From Candidatus Kaelpia aquatica (GTDB taxonomy: Bacteria > Omnitrophota > Gorgyraeia > Kaelpiales > Kaelpiaceae), in contig JAVCCU010000025.1 in assembly GCA_030765335.1 (NCBI GenBank), forward strand, positions 6,784-70,783: 64,000 bases of DNA, given 5' to 3'. The notes beneath the pieces were generated by a model. That model was not told where the DNA came from and ran no database searches. It worked only from the letters and a program-made list of their open reading frames with translations. A program made the position numbers and the translations under genes. Below, in pieces: positions 1 to 9,602 of the stretch (position 1 is the stretch's first letter; the number at the start of each line of letters is the position of its first letter).

Positions 1-66
1 TACAATATAATCCTTATTTGTAGGTTTATGGTGATTTAATTTTATTAAAAAAGGAAGGATAGATAG

Positions 67-1740
67 ATGGAATATAAGGATGTTTTTAAAGGAAGTAAGG
101 TTGCATATTTTTCTATGGAGATAGGTGTAAAGCCTGAGTTTTCAACTTATAGCGGTGGTCTTGGTATCTTGGCCGGTGATACTGTTCGCTCCAGTGCGGA
201 TTTAAATATACCTCTTGTCGCTACCACTCTTGTTTCACGCAAAGGTTATTTTAAGCAAGAGTTCAATCGAGATAATTGGCAGATAGAGAAACCAGATCAT
301 TGGGAGCCCAAAGAGTATCTCACATTATTACCTCAGCAGGTTGAAGTTGAGATAGAGAGAAGAGCTGTAAAAGTTCAAGCCTGGTTGTATGTAGTACGAA
401 GTACTACTGGGGGCAGGGTGCCGGTGCTGTTCCTTGATACAGATATAGAAGGCAATAGTGAAGAAGATAGAGATATTACTGCACATCTTTACGGCGGCGA
501 TAAGCGCTATAGAATGAAGCAAGAGATTGTTCTTGGAATAGGCGGTATGAGGATGCTTAAAGCTCTTGAAGTTGAAGTCTCAAAATATCATTTAAATGAA
601 GGTCATGCAAGCTTTCTTACTCTTGAGGTTTTTAAGGAGTTTGAAGGCAATGTTGAAAAGGTGCAAAAAAAATGCATCTTTACTACTCATACTCCTGTTG
701 AAGCCGGACATGATAAGTTCTCTTATCAGCTTGTAGAAGAAGTATTGTCCGACATTGTTCCGCTAGATGTTATTAAAAGTTTTGCCGGCAAGGACTCTTT
801 GAATATGACGCTCCTGGCTTTAAATTTAAGCGGCTTTGTTAATGGTGTTGCAAAGAGTCACGGTGAGACAACAAAAAAGATGTTTCCTGGTTACGTCATA
901 AGTTCGGTTACAAATGGAGTACATCCTTATACTTGGACGGAAGACAATTTTAAAAAACTATATGATAAATATCTTCCCGGTTGGGCTAAGGAGCCTGGGC
1001 TTTTGGGTAGAGTTGAGATTATACCCCATGAGGAAGTTTGGGAGGCGCATTATGCAGCAAAGCAGAGTCTCATTGAGCTTATAAACAGTAAGTCGAAGAT
1101 AAAATTCTCTGAGGATGTTTTTACAATAGGATTTGCAAGACGTGCAACAACATATAAAAGACATGCGCTTTTATTTCAGGATTTGGAGCGGCTTAAGGAT
1201 ATCAGCTCTAAGTTTCCTATTCAAATTATATTTGCCGGTAAAGCGCATCCTTATGATGATCCTGGCAAGAAGATGATTCAAGAGATCTTCTCTTATGCTG
1301 AGAAACTTAAGAATGAGATAAAGATTGCCTATATCGAAAATTATAATATGGAAAAAGCTCAAAAAATGATTCCCGGAGTTGATCTTTGGCTTAATACACC
1401 TAAGCGTCCGATGGAGGCATCAGGCACTAGCGGTATGAAAGCAGCTTTAAATGGAGGTGTAAATTTCTCTATACCTGATGGCTGGTGGATTGAAGGCTGT
1501 ATTGAAGGAGTCACGGGTTGGACCATAGGTCCTATCGAAGAAGATTTTACCAAAAAGGACTTAGAGCTTGAGGAGAAGCATGATCTCTATGGTAAACTTG
1601 AATATGCGATATTACCGATGTTCTATGAACAGAGAGATAATTGGATTGATATAATGAAGAATTCAATCGGTAAGGTTGCAAATTATTTTAATAGTCATCG
1701 TATGATGCATCGTTATATAACAGATGCATATTTTGGCTAA
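67..1740 (+). CDS. alpha-glucan (glycogen/maltodextrin) phosphorylase, GT35 family
   Basis: 557 aa ORF. N-terminal MEIGVKPEFSTYSGGLGILAGD and PLP-lysine region EASGTSGMKAALNGG are typical of GT35 alpha-glucan phosphorylases. AGGA-rich region upstream of the ATG. Confidence 0.8.
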   Translation: MEYKDVFKGSKVAYFSMEIGVKPEFSTYSGGLGILAGDTVRSSADLNIPLVATTLVSRKGYFKQEFNRDNWQIEKPDHWEPKEYLTLLPQQVEVEIERRAVKVQAWLYVVRSTTGGRVPVLFLDTDIEGNSEEDRDITAHLYGGDKRYRMKQEIVLGIGGMRMLKALEVEVSKYHLNEGHASFLTLEVFKEFEGNVEKVQKKCIFTTHTPVEAGHDKFSYQLVEEVLSDIVPLDVIKSFAGKDSLNMTLLALNLSGFVNGVAKSHGETTKKMFPGYVISSVTNGVHPYTWTEDNFKKLYDKYLPGWAKEPGLLGRVEIIPHEEVWEAHYAAKQSLIELINSKSKIKFSEDVFTIGFARRATTYKRHALLFQDLERLKDISSKFPIQIIFAGKAHPYDDPGKKMIQEIFSYAEKLKNEIKIAYIENYNMEKAQKMIPGVDLWLNTPKRPMEASGTSGMKAALNGGVNFSIPDGWWIEGCIEGVTGWTIGPIEEDFTKKDLELEEKHDLYGKLEYAILPMFYEQRDNWIDIMKNSIGKVANYFNSHRMMHRYITDAYFG

Positions 1741-1767
1741 GAGAAGTTAGCATTAAACTTTCTAGGT

Positions 1768-2364
1768 ATGGATGTTAAAAAGGCCCTCTTTATTGTAGAT
1801 GTTCAGAACGATTTCTGTTTAAGGGGGACGTTAGCTGTGAAAGATGCCGATAGAATCATTCCAGTACTAAATAAATATATTGCTCTCTTCCAGAAGAAAA
1901 AATATCCAACGGTTGCTTCTAGAGATTGGCATCCAAATAATTCACAGCATTTTAAAGACTTTGGTGGTCTTTGGCCGCTGCACTGTATACAGGGAACAGC
2001 AGGAGCTGAGTTCCATTCAGAGTTAGAATTACCTCAAAATACAATTATTATTTCATCTGGGGTAGGCGTTAAAGAGGATGGGTATTCTGCTTTTGAGGGA
2101 AGAGACCCTAGAGATGTAGCTTTAGAAGATATTTTAAAAAATTTAAGCATTGAAGAGCTTTATATTGGCGGGATTGCTACTGATTACTGTGTTAAGGCTA
2201 CAGCTTTAGATGCTTTAAAGTTGGGCTTTAAAGTTGTGATTTTAACTGATGGGGTGAAAGGGGTTAATATAGAGAGAGATGATTCCAATAAGGCATTGGA
2301 TCAGATGGTCTCTAAAGGTGCTTCTCTGATAGATTTTAAGGAGCTAGAGGCAGGATGGGTATAG
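1768..2364 (+). CDS. isochorismatase-family hydrolase, nicotinamidase/pyrazinamidase-like
   Basis: 198 aa. IVDVQNDFC, DWHPNNSQHF and HCIQGTAGAEF motifs resemble PncA-type nicotinamidases. Confidence 0.7.
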   Translation: MDVKKALFIVDVQNDFCLRGTLAVKDADRIIPVLNKYIALFQKKKYPTVASRDWHPNNSQHFKDFGGLWPLHCIQGTAGAEFHSELELPQNTIIISSGVGVKEDGYSAFEGRDPRDVALEDILKNLSIEELYIGGIATDYCVKATALDALKLGFKVVILTDGVKGVNIERDDSNKALDQMVSKGASLIDFKELEAGWV

Positions 2365-2870
2365 TCTCAAAGAGAGGAGATAAGGGCAGAACATCGCTTC
2401 TTTATTCAAAGAGGGTAGATAAGGATAATCTCTTAATTGAGGCTGTTGGTGTCTTAGATGAGCTCAATGCTTTTTTAGGTTTATCGAAGTCGTGTATAAG
2501 ATGCAGGAGAAGAAAGAAGATTATAGCGGATATTCAAAAAGATTTATCCCTGATAGCTGCTGAGCTGGTTATAGATGAATCCAAGTATAAAAGTTTAAAG
2601 GAAAAGATAACTTTAGAGAGGATATCTTATCTTGAAAAATTGATAGAGAGTTTTGAGAAAAAAAATAGCGTCAACTCTTTTATTAGTCTAGACTCCAATG
2701 GCTGTTCAGCTTCCATAAATGTTGCCCGGGCTATATCGAGAAAATTAGAGAGAAGAGCAGTGAGCTTAAAAAAGAGAAAGCTTCTTTTAAATGATGCAAT
2801 ATTGGTCTACCTGAACAGGCTGTCTGATTTGTTGTTTCTTTTAGCTATCTCTTTTCAGAAACATGAATGA
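2355..2870 (+). CDS. PduO-type ATP:cob(I)alamin adenosyltransferase
   Basis: 171 aa. N-terminus KGDKGRTSLLYSKRVDKDNLLIEAVGVLDELNAFLG matches the PduO/MMAB family. Overlaps the upstream stop codon. Confidence 0.75.
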   Translation: MGIVSKRGDKGRTSLLYSKRVDKDNLLIEAVGVLDELNAFLGLSKSCIRCRRRKKIIADIQKDLSLIAAELVIDESKYKSLKEKITLERISYLEKLIESFEKKNSVNSFISLDSNGCSASINVARAISRKLERRAVSLKKRKLLLNDAILVYLNRLSDLLFLLAISFQKHE

Positions 2871-3501
2871 TAGCAAGAGGGCTATTAAGATAATAGAGGT
2901 TTTAGGCAAGAAGTATCCTGGGAGCAAAACAGCTTTATTCTATAAAAATCCTTTTCAGCTTCTTGTCGCGACAATTCTATCTGCTCAGTGTACTGATAAA
3001 AAAGTTAACGAGATAACTCCCGGGATTTTCAATAAATATAAAGATGTTTATGGTTTTTCAGCTGCTGAAGAAAAAGAACTAGAAGAGAATATCTACTCTA
3101 GTGGTTTTTATAAAAATAAGACTAAAAACATAATAGCTTCCTCCAAGATAATAGTCAGAGATTTCAATGGCAAGGTGCCAGACAGTATGGCCTCTCTTCT
3201 TAAATTGCCTGGAGTTGCAAGAAAGACAGCCAATATAGTTCTATCTTCTGGATTTCAAAAGATAGAGGGAGTAGCTGTCGATACGCATGTCAAGAGACTC
3301 TCTACTCGGTTCGGTTTTAGCAGCAATAGTAATCCTGATAAGATAGAGAAGGATTTGATCTCTATTTTCCCTAAGAGCTATTGGCTGAAATTAAATCATA
3401 TTTTGGTGAACCATGGTAGGGAGACCTGTAAAGCGCGCAATCCGTTATGCCTTAAGTGTGCTGTTGGTTATCTCTGTAAATCAGAAGATAAGAGAAGATG
3501 A
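2863..3501 (+). CDS. nth: endonuclease III (DNA glycosylase/AP lyase)
   Basis: 212 aa. HhH-GPD fold (LPGVARKTANIVL) and C-terminal 4Fe-4S Cys cluster CKARNPLCLKCAVGYLC. Confidence 0.8.
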   Translation: MNDSKRAIKIIEVLGKKYPGSKTALFYKNPFQLLVATILSAQCTDKKVNEITPGIFNKYKDVYGFSAAEEKELEENIYSSGFYKNKTKNIIASSKIIVRDFNGKVPDSMASLLKLPGVARKTANIVLSSGFQKIEGVAVDTHVKRLSTRFGFSSNSNPDKIEKDLISIFPKSYWLKLNHILVNHGRETCKARNPLCLKCAVGYLCKSEDKRR

Positions 3502-4499
3502 AGAGAGAGGCTTACTTATATCATAAGATTGAAGATAGTAAGGTTAGGTGCTTTCTATGTAATCATAATTGTGTAATCATTGATTCTGAATATGGATTTT
3601 GCGGTGTTAGAAAGAATGAGAAAGGAATTCTTTATAGCGATGTTTATGCAGAGCCGGCGGCATTGCATGTAGACCCCATTGAAAAAAAACCACTCTACCA
3701 CTTTTATCCTGGAAGCTTATCTTATTCTATGGCAACCATCGGGTGCAATTTTAGATGCGAATTTTGTCAAAACTGGCAGATATCACAGAGATCGAAAAGC
3801 GATTTTAAGCCGGAAAGAATAGTTCTTCCTGAAGATATTGCCTATTATGCTAAAGAAAATAATTGCTCCAGTATAAGCTATACTTATACAGAGCCGACTG
3901 TCTTTTTTGAGTATGCTTACGATATAGCTAAAATAGCTCATAAAGAAGGTCTGCATAATATCTTTGTTACCAATGGTTATATGAGTACCGAAGCTATAGA
4001 TAAGATAGCGCCGTACTTAAATGCTGCTAATGTCGACTTGAAAAGTTTTAACGATGGTTTCTATGTTAAAAATTGTAAGGCACATCTAAAGCCGGTTTTA
4101 GATTCAATTAAATATATGAAAGAGAGAGGCATATGGATTGAAATCACGACTTTAATTATTCCCGGGGAAAATGACTCTGGTCAGGAGTTGATGCAGTTAG
4201 CCGATTTTGTTGCTTCTGTTGGGGTAGAGATCCCTTGGCATATAAGTAGGTTTCATCCGGATTATAAATATTTGAAATCTGAGTCTACACCTATTGAAAC
4301 TTTGAAAATGGCAAAAGAGATAGCTAGGAGCAGGGGGTTAAGGTATGTCTATCTTGGCAACGTATTTGAGGGCAATGATAGTCTCTGCTATAATTGCGCT
4401 AAGCTGCTTATAAAAAGATCTGGCCTTAATCTTAGCGCTAATAATTTAGATAGCGGCAGCTGTCCTTACTGCGGGGTTTCAATAGACGGCCTGTTCTAA
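3498..4499 (+). CDS. radical SAM enzyme, AmmeMemoRadiSam-system type (PFL-activase-like)
   Basis: 333 aa. CNFRCEFCQNW CX3CX2C motif plus N-terminal Cys pair (CFLCNHNC), characteristic of this radical SAM subfamily. No AMMECR1 or Memo partner in the window. Confidence 0.65.
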   Translation: MKREAYLYHKIEDSKVRCFLCNHNCVIIDSEYGFCGVRKNEKGILYSDVYAEPAALHVDPIEKKPLYHFYPGSLSYSMATIGCNFRCEFCQNWQISQRSKSDFKPERIVLPEDIAYYAKENNCSSISYTYTEPTVFFEYAYDIAKIAHKEGLHNIFVTNGYMSTEAIDKIAPYLNAANVDLKSFNDGFYVKNCKAHLKPVLDSIKYMKERGIWIEITTLIIPGENDSGQELMQLADFVASVGVEIPWHISRFHPDYKYLKSESTPIETLKMAKEIARSRGLRYVYLGNVFEGNDSLCYNCAKLLIKRSGLNLSANNLDSGSCPYCGVSIDGLF

Positions 4500-4508
4500 T
4501 TTTCATAT

Positions 4509-4538
4509 TTGACAATAGTATAAGTCTATGGTATAAAT
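4509..4538 (+). promoter_or_regulatory. sigma70-type promoter TTGACA-N17-TGGTATAAAT upstream of the LacI-family gene
   Basis: TTGACA at 4509-4514 and extended -10 TGGTATAAAT at 4529-4538. The same architecture recurs elsewhere in the window. Confidence 0.6.
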
Positions 4539-4542
4539 CTTA

Positions 4543-4569
4543 TGTAAACGATTACAGCAAACGTTTACA
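4543..4569 (+). promoter_or_regulatory. LacI-family type palindromic operator (probable autoregulation)
   Basis: TGTAAACG half-site at 4543-4550 and AGCAAACGTTTACA at 4556-4569, 12/14 to the ideal LacI-family palindrome TGTAAACGTTTACA. Lies between the promoter and the LacI gene start. Confidence 0.5.
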
Positions 4570-4582
4570 TGGGAGATAAGAT

Positions 4583-5593
4583 ATGAAAAGAATAACTATA
4601 AAAGAGGTAGCAGAGAGAGCCGGAGTATCAATTGCTACAGTCTCAAGGGCTTTAAACTCTAGAACAGAGAAATCTGTTAAGCAGGATACTCTAGAGAAGA
4701 TAAAGGATATTATTAGAGAATTAAAATATTTTCCCAATAGATCGGCGAGCTCCCTAAGGCATGGTTTTTCACGAACAATAGGTTTGCCTATGAATTTTAA
4801 GACAGATACTACCTCAGGCTATGTTGGCGAGATAATGAAAGGTGTATTAAGAGGTTTAGACGAGATAGGGTACGACTTAAAGCTTATATCTCAAGAAGAG
4901 TTTGTTTCACTTCAAACGCTGCTTGATAGTGCCGGTGTAGATGGATTAATTATTACCCATGCTTACCATATAGCATACCCTCATCTAGAGGAAGAGTTGA
5001 AAAATAAAAAGTCTTTTCCTCTTGTTGTTATGAATGATTATAATCCTGACTTAGATATCAATCAGGTTTATATAGATACTTATCAGGCAACATGCGATAT
5101 GACGGAGTATGTTATTAAAAAAAACAATTCTGATCTCTATCTTTTAGGCGGAGAGGTATATTCTCAAGATGCTCAAAGAAGAGAGAAAGCTTTTTTAGAT
5201 ACGCTGGCTAAGCATAATATTGATTTTGGCGAAAGTAGAATTTTAAATGGTCATTTTAATGAAACTGGCGGATACGAGATGACCAAACAAATATTTATTA
5301 AAAATCCTGATTTTAAAGGATTGATATATTCTCTTAACGATGCTATGGCGATAGGTGCTTTGCGTGCATTAGGTGAACTCTGCCTCAATTGTCCTAGAGA
5401 TGTTAAAGTTGTTGGCTTTGATGATATAGCTATTTCAGAGCATATGAATCCGCCGTTGACAACTATCCATGTTCCTTTATCTGAGATGGGTTATGAGGCA
5501 ATTAAAATAATATATGGTATTTTCACTGGAGAGATTATAGGTGCTCAAAAGCCCCAGTTTGATTATAGATTGATTCAAAGAGAATCTTGTTAA
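4583..5593 (+). CDS. LacI family transcriptional regulator
   Basis: 336 aa. N-terminal HTH ITIKEVAERAGVSIATVSRALN followed by a periplasmic-binding-protein-like sugar-binding domain. Confidence 0.85.
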   Translation: MKRITIKEVAERAGVSIATVSRALNSRTEKSVKQDTLEKIKDIIRELKYFPNRSASSLRHGFSRTIGLPMNFKTDTTSGYVGEIMKGVLRGLDEIGYDLKLISQEEFVSLQTLLDSAGVDGLIITHAYHIAYPHLEEELKNKKSFPLVVMNDYNPDLDINQVYIDTYQATCDMTEYVIKKNNSDLYLLGGEVYSQDAQRREKAFLDTLAKHNIDFGESRILNGHFNETGGYEMTKQIFIKNPDFKGLIYSLNDAMAIGALRALGELCLNCPRDVKVVGFDDIAISEHMNPPLTTIHVPLSEMGYEAIKIIYGIFTGEIIGAQKPQFDYRLIQRESC

Positions 5594-5641
5594 TTTAAAA
5601 AAGGGGTGCTATTTGTTTAGAATGAAAAGTCAAATGGTAGC

Positions 5642-7543
5642 TTAAATTTTAAGCTGCCATTCAGCATTAACAATATCACGATTTAAAACGCTAGATGCTT
5701 TATTTATCTTTTCTCTTAGATTTTCAGATATTATTCTTTGATTCATATCTCTCAATACTTGATTTGTCATGCGAAAGTTTCTTACAATTGCACCTTCATC
5801 TAAAGATGTCAGGTTAATTATTTTATTGAATTCACTGCCTCTGAGCCAAGCTTGCAATGTTTGCGCGAGTTGAAAATGAGGTTTTAATATTCGTGGATAG
5901 ATTCTGTGTGTTTTTTCTATTTTTTGTATCTTAGCTACGGTATTAGTGATTTTTAATCTCAGTTTTCTCAATCCTTTGTCTAGCTTTATCTCTGTATCTT
6001 TAGCTCTTGATTCTGTAATTATCGCGCATATTACTATTGTTAATTCTATCCAGGATATATTTTCAAAAAATCCTGCTTCATATAGCTCGCCCACTATGAG
6101 CTCATAACCAAATACATTAGACGAGAATTTGCCTTTTAATGTTAGTTCTTGATTTTTTATATAACCTAAGTTTTTCAATAGCTTTAACTTAGAACTAAGC
6201 ATCTTTGCTTCTCTTGACTTCCTATGTCTATTTTGAAAATAGTGGAAACTTTTAGGGTAGATGGTTATTATCTCATCTTGGATATCATTATATAGGTTTA
6301 AGATTGTTGCATAGGATGCGTTAAATTGACTCTTTATAAGTTCGGGTCTATTTCTGGCAATGATCTCCATCTTCTCAATATCGTCTTTAAACGGTTTAAG
6401 TTTTACAAAGACGTAGCCTTCTTCATCTATTCCGCGTCTGCCTGCGCGCCCTGCCATTTGATAAAAATCTCTGGTACTTAGATAATGCGCTCTTCTTTTG
6501 TAATGTTTTGCTATTTCATCGAAACAGACAGTACGTGATGGCATATTGATGCCTAATGCAAATGTCTCCGTTGTAAATATTACCTTAATCATTTTTTTGG
6601 TAAATATTCTTTCAATAATCTCCTTTAGAGGCGGCAATAATCCTGCATGATGGTAGGCGATGCCCCTCTCCAGCAGGTGCAGCATGTCATGGGTAGATGT
6701 ATGCTGTTCTATTTTGAATTTTTTTACCAGCTCTTTATAGAGGTTCTTAATATCTCTCTTTTCTTCTTCGGTTAAAAAATTGAACTGGGAGAGATCTTTT
6801 GCATAATTTTCACATTTTTTTCTTGAGAAACAGAAATATATACAAGGCAAGAAACCATTGGTTTTTAGATGTTTAATTAAAGAGTCTATTCTATTATTTA
6901 AGAAGAATTTACCTCTCTCTCTGGAGCTATATTTTTTTAAATCTTTAAGATTTGAGAAAATCTGATTATCTGCCTGAAAATAGAAATGCAAAGGCACTGG
7001 TCTGACGGCCTCTTCTATCTCTATTATGTTTTGATTATGAACTTTTTTGATCCAATTTTTAAACTCACCCACGTTAGGCAGTGTTGCAGATAGCGCTAAT
7101 ATTCTCATTTCTGGAGGCAGGAATATAATAGATTCTTCCCAGACGGTGCCTCTCTCTGGGTCATCAAGATAATGTACTTCATCAAATATCACCCATTTTT
7201 TATCTTTTAGTTTTTCTGGTTCCTGGAGGAGGTAGTTTCTAAATATCTCTGTTGTCATGATTAAAATAGGGGCTCTGGGATTTATTCTGACATCACCTGT
7301 TATTATTCCGACTTTTTGAGGAAAGTTTTTAGAGAAATCTCTGAACTTCTGATTGCTCAAAGCTTTTATTGGTGCTGTGTATATAAGCCCCTTATTCTCC
7401 TTGAGGCATTTCTCGATTGCATATTCAGCAATGAGAGTCTTGCCAGCGCCTGTTGGTGCTGCCACAATAACGGAATTATTTTTATCAATATGCTCAATGG
7501 CATCTTTTTGGAAGTTATCAAGTATGATATTTTCTGTTAGCAT
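5642..7543 (-). CDS. DEAD/DEAH-box (Ski2-like) superfamily II helicase
   Basis: 633 aa. Walker A APTGAGKT, DEVH box FDEVHYLDD, SAT motif LSATLPN and motif VI QMAGRAGRRG. Confidence 0.75.
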   Translation of the reverse strand: MLTENIILDNFQKDAIEHIDKNNSVIVAAPTGAGKTLIAEYAIEKCLKENKGLIYTAPIKALSNQKFRDFSKNFPQKVGIITGDVRINPRAPILIMTTEIFRNYLLQEPEKLKDKKWVIFDEVHYLDDPERGTVWEESIIFLPPEMRILALSATLPNVGEFKNWIKKVHNQNIIEIEEAVRPVPLHFYFQADNQIFSNLKDLKKYSSRERGKFFLNNRIDSLIKHLKTNGFLPCIYFCFSRKKCENYAKDLSQFNFLTEEEKRDIKNLYKELVKKFKIEQHTSTHDMLHLLERGIAYHHAGLLPPLKEIIERIFTKKMIKVIFTTETFALGINMPSRTVCFDEIAKHYKRRAHYLSTRDFYQMAGRAGRRGIDEEGYVFVKLKPFKDDIEKMEIIARNRPELIKSQFNASYATILNLYNDIQDEIITIYPKSFHYFQNRHRKSREAKMLSSKLKLLKNLGYIKNQELTLKGKFSSNVFGYELIVGELYEAGFFENISWIELTIVICAIITESRAKDTEIKLDKGLRKLRLKITNTVAKIQKIEKTHRIYPRILKPHFQLAQTLQAWLRGSEFNKIINLTSLDEGAIVRNFRMTNQVLRDMNQRIISENLREKINKASSVLNRDIVNAEWQLKI

Positions 7544-7587
7544 TAGTATATATAATATATAATAAATTGAATTCTTTCAAGGTAAAG

Positions 7588-7611
7588 TAGTCTAATTGAC
7601 AAAATAGACTA
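7588..7611 (+). promoter_or_regulatory. inverted repeat TAGTCTA-N10-TAGACTA overlapping a TTGACA -35 box upstream of bcd-etfBA
   Basis: TAGTCTA at 7588-7594, TTGACA at 7596-7601 and TAGACTA at 7605-7611. Operator-like palindrome embedded in a putative promoter. Confidence 0.4.
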
Positions 7612-7656
7612 TTTATATTAACATTAAAGCGCTGATTTAAATTAAGGAGGATTAAA

Positions 7657-8817
7657 ATGTTGGACTACCTGTTAACAGAAGAACAGCAGATGTTAAAAGA
7701 GTTGGCTCATAAGATCGCAGAGGAGAAGATACGCCCTGTTGCAAAAGAGTACGATGAATCGGGCGAGTTCCCCTGGGATATTATGAAGATCCTTGCTCAG
7801 AGTGACCTGTTTGGGGTCTACATAGATGAAAAATATGGCGGTTTTGGAGGAGGCGTATTTGAGTTATCCCTCGTTGCTGAAGAGCTCTCTCGTGCCTGCG
7901 GTGGTATCGCTGTAAGCTATGCAGCTTCAGCACTAGGAACTTATCCTATTATTCTTTTTGGCAACGATGAGCAGAAAGACAAGTATTTACCTGATATTGC
8001 AAGCGGTAAGAAGATAGCTGCTTTTGCAATAACAGAGCCGAATGCAGGATCTGATGCTTCTGCTATGGAGAGCAAGGCTCAAAAAGATGGCGATTCTTAT
8101 ATATTGAATGGAAGAAAGCAATGGATTACAAATGGCGGTGAAGCAGAGACTTATGTAGTTATTGCAATGACAAATAAAGCTAAAGGGGCCAGAGGTGCAA
8201 CAGCTTTTATACTTGAAAAAGGTATGGAAGGCTTTGATTTTGGCAAAAAAGAGGACAAACTTGGTATCCGTGCATCAGCGACAAGAGAGCTTATTTTTAA
8301 TAATTGCCGTGTTCCTAAAGAGAATGTTTTGGGTAAAGAAGGCCTAGGCTTTGTAGTTGCTATGAAGACTTTTGACTGTTCTCGCCCTGGAGTTGCAGCG
8401 CAGGCTCTGGGTATTGCTCAGGGAGCGCTTGAGCTGGCTACTGAGTATGCTCATCAGAGACACCAGTTTAATAAGCCGATAACAAGTTTTCAGGGAATAC
8501 AGTTTATGCTTGCCGATATGGCAATGCAGATTGAAGCAGCAAGGGCTTTAATCTATGCTACTTGCAGAATGGTGGACAGCGGTAATATGTCTGTGGCTAA
8601 AGAGTCGGCTATAACCAAGGTGTTTGCATCCGATGTTGCTATGAAGGTTACGACTGATTGCCTTCAGATATTCGGCGGGTATGGTTATATGAAAGAGTAT
8701 CCTATAGAAAAATATATGAGAGATGCAAAGATCACTCAAATATATGAAGGTACAAATCAGATATTAAGGGGTGTAATTGCATCTCATCTTATCAAGGAGC
8801 AGACTAAGAAAAAGTGA
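7657..8817 (+). CDS. acyl-CoA dehydrogenase (short-chain/butyryl-CoA dehydrogenase-like)
   Basis: 386 aa with full ACAD signature (ITEPNAGSDASAMESKA, C-terminal YEGTNQI). Strong RBS AAGGAGG upstream. Confidence 0.85.
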   Translation: MLDYLLTEEQQMLKELAHKIAEEKIRPVAKEYDESGEFPWDIMKILAQSDLFGVYIDEKYGGFGGGVFELSLVAEELSRACGGIAVSYAASALGTYPIILFGNDEQKDKYLPDIASGKKIAAFAITEPNAGSDASAMESKAQKDGDSYILNGRKQWITNGGEAETYVVIAMTNKAKGARGATAFILEKGMEGFDFGKKEDKLGIRASATRELIFNNCRVPKENVLGKEGLGFVVAMKTFDCSRPGVAAQALGIAQGALELATEYAHQRHQFNKPITSFQGIQFMLADMAMQIEAARALIYATCRMVDSGNMSVAKESAITKVFASDVAMKVTTDCLQIFGGYGYMKEYPIEKYMRDAKITQIYEGTNQILRGVIASHLIKEQTKKK

Positions 8818-9602
8818 AAGTCATAGTCTGCATAAAACAGGTACCTGACACAACGAATGTCAAGATAGATCCAGAGACCAATACTTTAATTCGTGAAGGC
8901 GTTGAATCTATCATTAATCCTTTTGATACTTATGCTATTGAAGAAGGCTTGCGTATTAAGGAGAGGCTGGATGGGGTAGAGGTGATCGCTTTAACTATGG
9001 GCCCTCCTCAAGCAGAAGAGGCATTAAGAGAAGCGATATCTTTAGGTGTAGATAGAGCGGTGCTCTTATCAGATAGAAAGTTTGCAGGCTCAGATACCTG
9101 GGCTACAAGTTATGCCTTATCAAAAGCTATAGAGAAGATAGGAGATTATGGTTTAATTATATGTGGTAAGCAGGCAATAGATGGTGATACTGCCCAAGTT
9201 GGGCCTGGGATATCATCCTGGCTCGATCTTCCCCAGGCAGCATATGTTAGGCATATAGAAAAGCTGTCTAGAGATAAGGCGACTGTTGAGCGGATGACAG
9301 AAGAGGGCTATGATGTTATAGAGATACCGTTTCCTGCTGTATTTACTGTAGTAAAAGAGATCAATGAGCCTCGGTTCCCTTCACTTAAAGGCAAGATGCG
9401 TGCAAAGAGAGCCGAGATAGAAGTATGGTCGGCAGCTGATGTAGGCTTAGATGAATCTTGCGTTGGATTAAACAATTCTCCTACAAGAGTAGTGAAGATA
9501 TTTACACCTCCAGTTAGAGAGAAAGGCATGATCTTAGAGGGAGATATATCAGAAAACGTTGATAAGTTAACAGATTTAATAAGGGATGTTTTGATAGGAT
9601 GA
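8814..9602 (+). CDS. etfB: electron transfer flavoprotein beta subunit
   Basis: 262 aa. MKVIVCIKQVPDT N-terminus typical of EtfB. GTG start overlapping the bcd stop. Confidence 0.85.
   Translation: MKVIVCIKQVPDTTNVKIDPETNTLIREGVESIINPFDTYAIEEGLRIKERLDGVEVIALTMGPPQAEEALREAISLGVDRAVLLSDRKFAGSDTWATSYALSKAIEKIGDYGLIICGKQAIDGDTAQVGPGISSWLDLPQAAYVRHIEKLSRDKATVERMTEEGYDVIEIPFPAVFTVVKEINEPRFPSLKGKMRAKRAEIEVWSAADVGLDESCVGLNNSPTRVVKIFTPPVREKGMILEGDISENVDKLTDLIRDVLIG

Noticed and set aside
328-1553. Minus-strand ORFs (328-522, 958-1164, 1171-1362, 1359-1553) inside the alpha-glucan phosphorylase gene, and similar antisense or out-of-frame ORFs inside other long CDSs (e.g. 7316-7562, 8548-8739, 9308-9529, 13966-14745, 27457-27729, 31366-31758, 32213-32663, 36410-37334, 41640-41897, 57134-58138)
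   Set aside because: They lie entirely within well-supported genes on the opposite strand or in another frame. They have low-complexity or oddly composed translations and no RBS, so they are typical spurious shadow ORFs.
5594-5660. Hairpin TGGTAGCTTAAA/TTAAGCTGCCA between the convergent LacI and helicase genes, as a bidirectional terminator
   Set aside because: The stem has a mismatch, overlaps the helicase stop codon and lacks a flanking T-tract, so evidence is weak. I did not list it as a feature.
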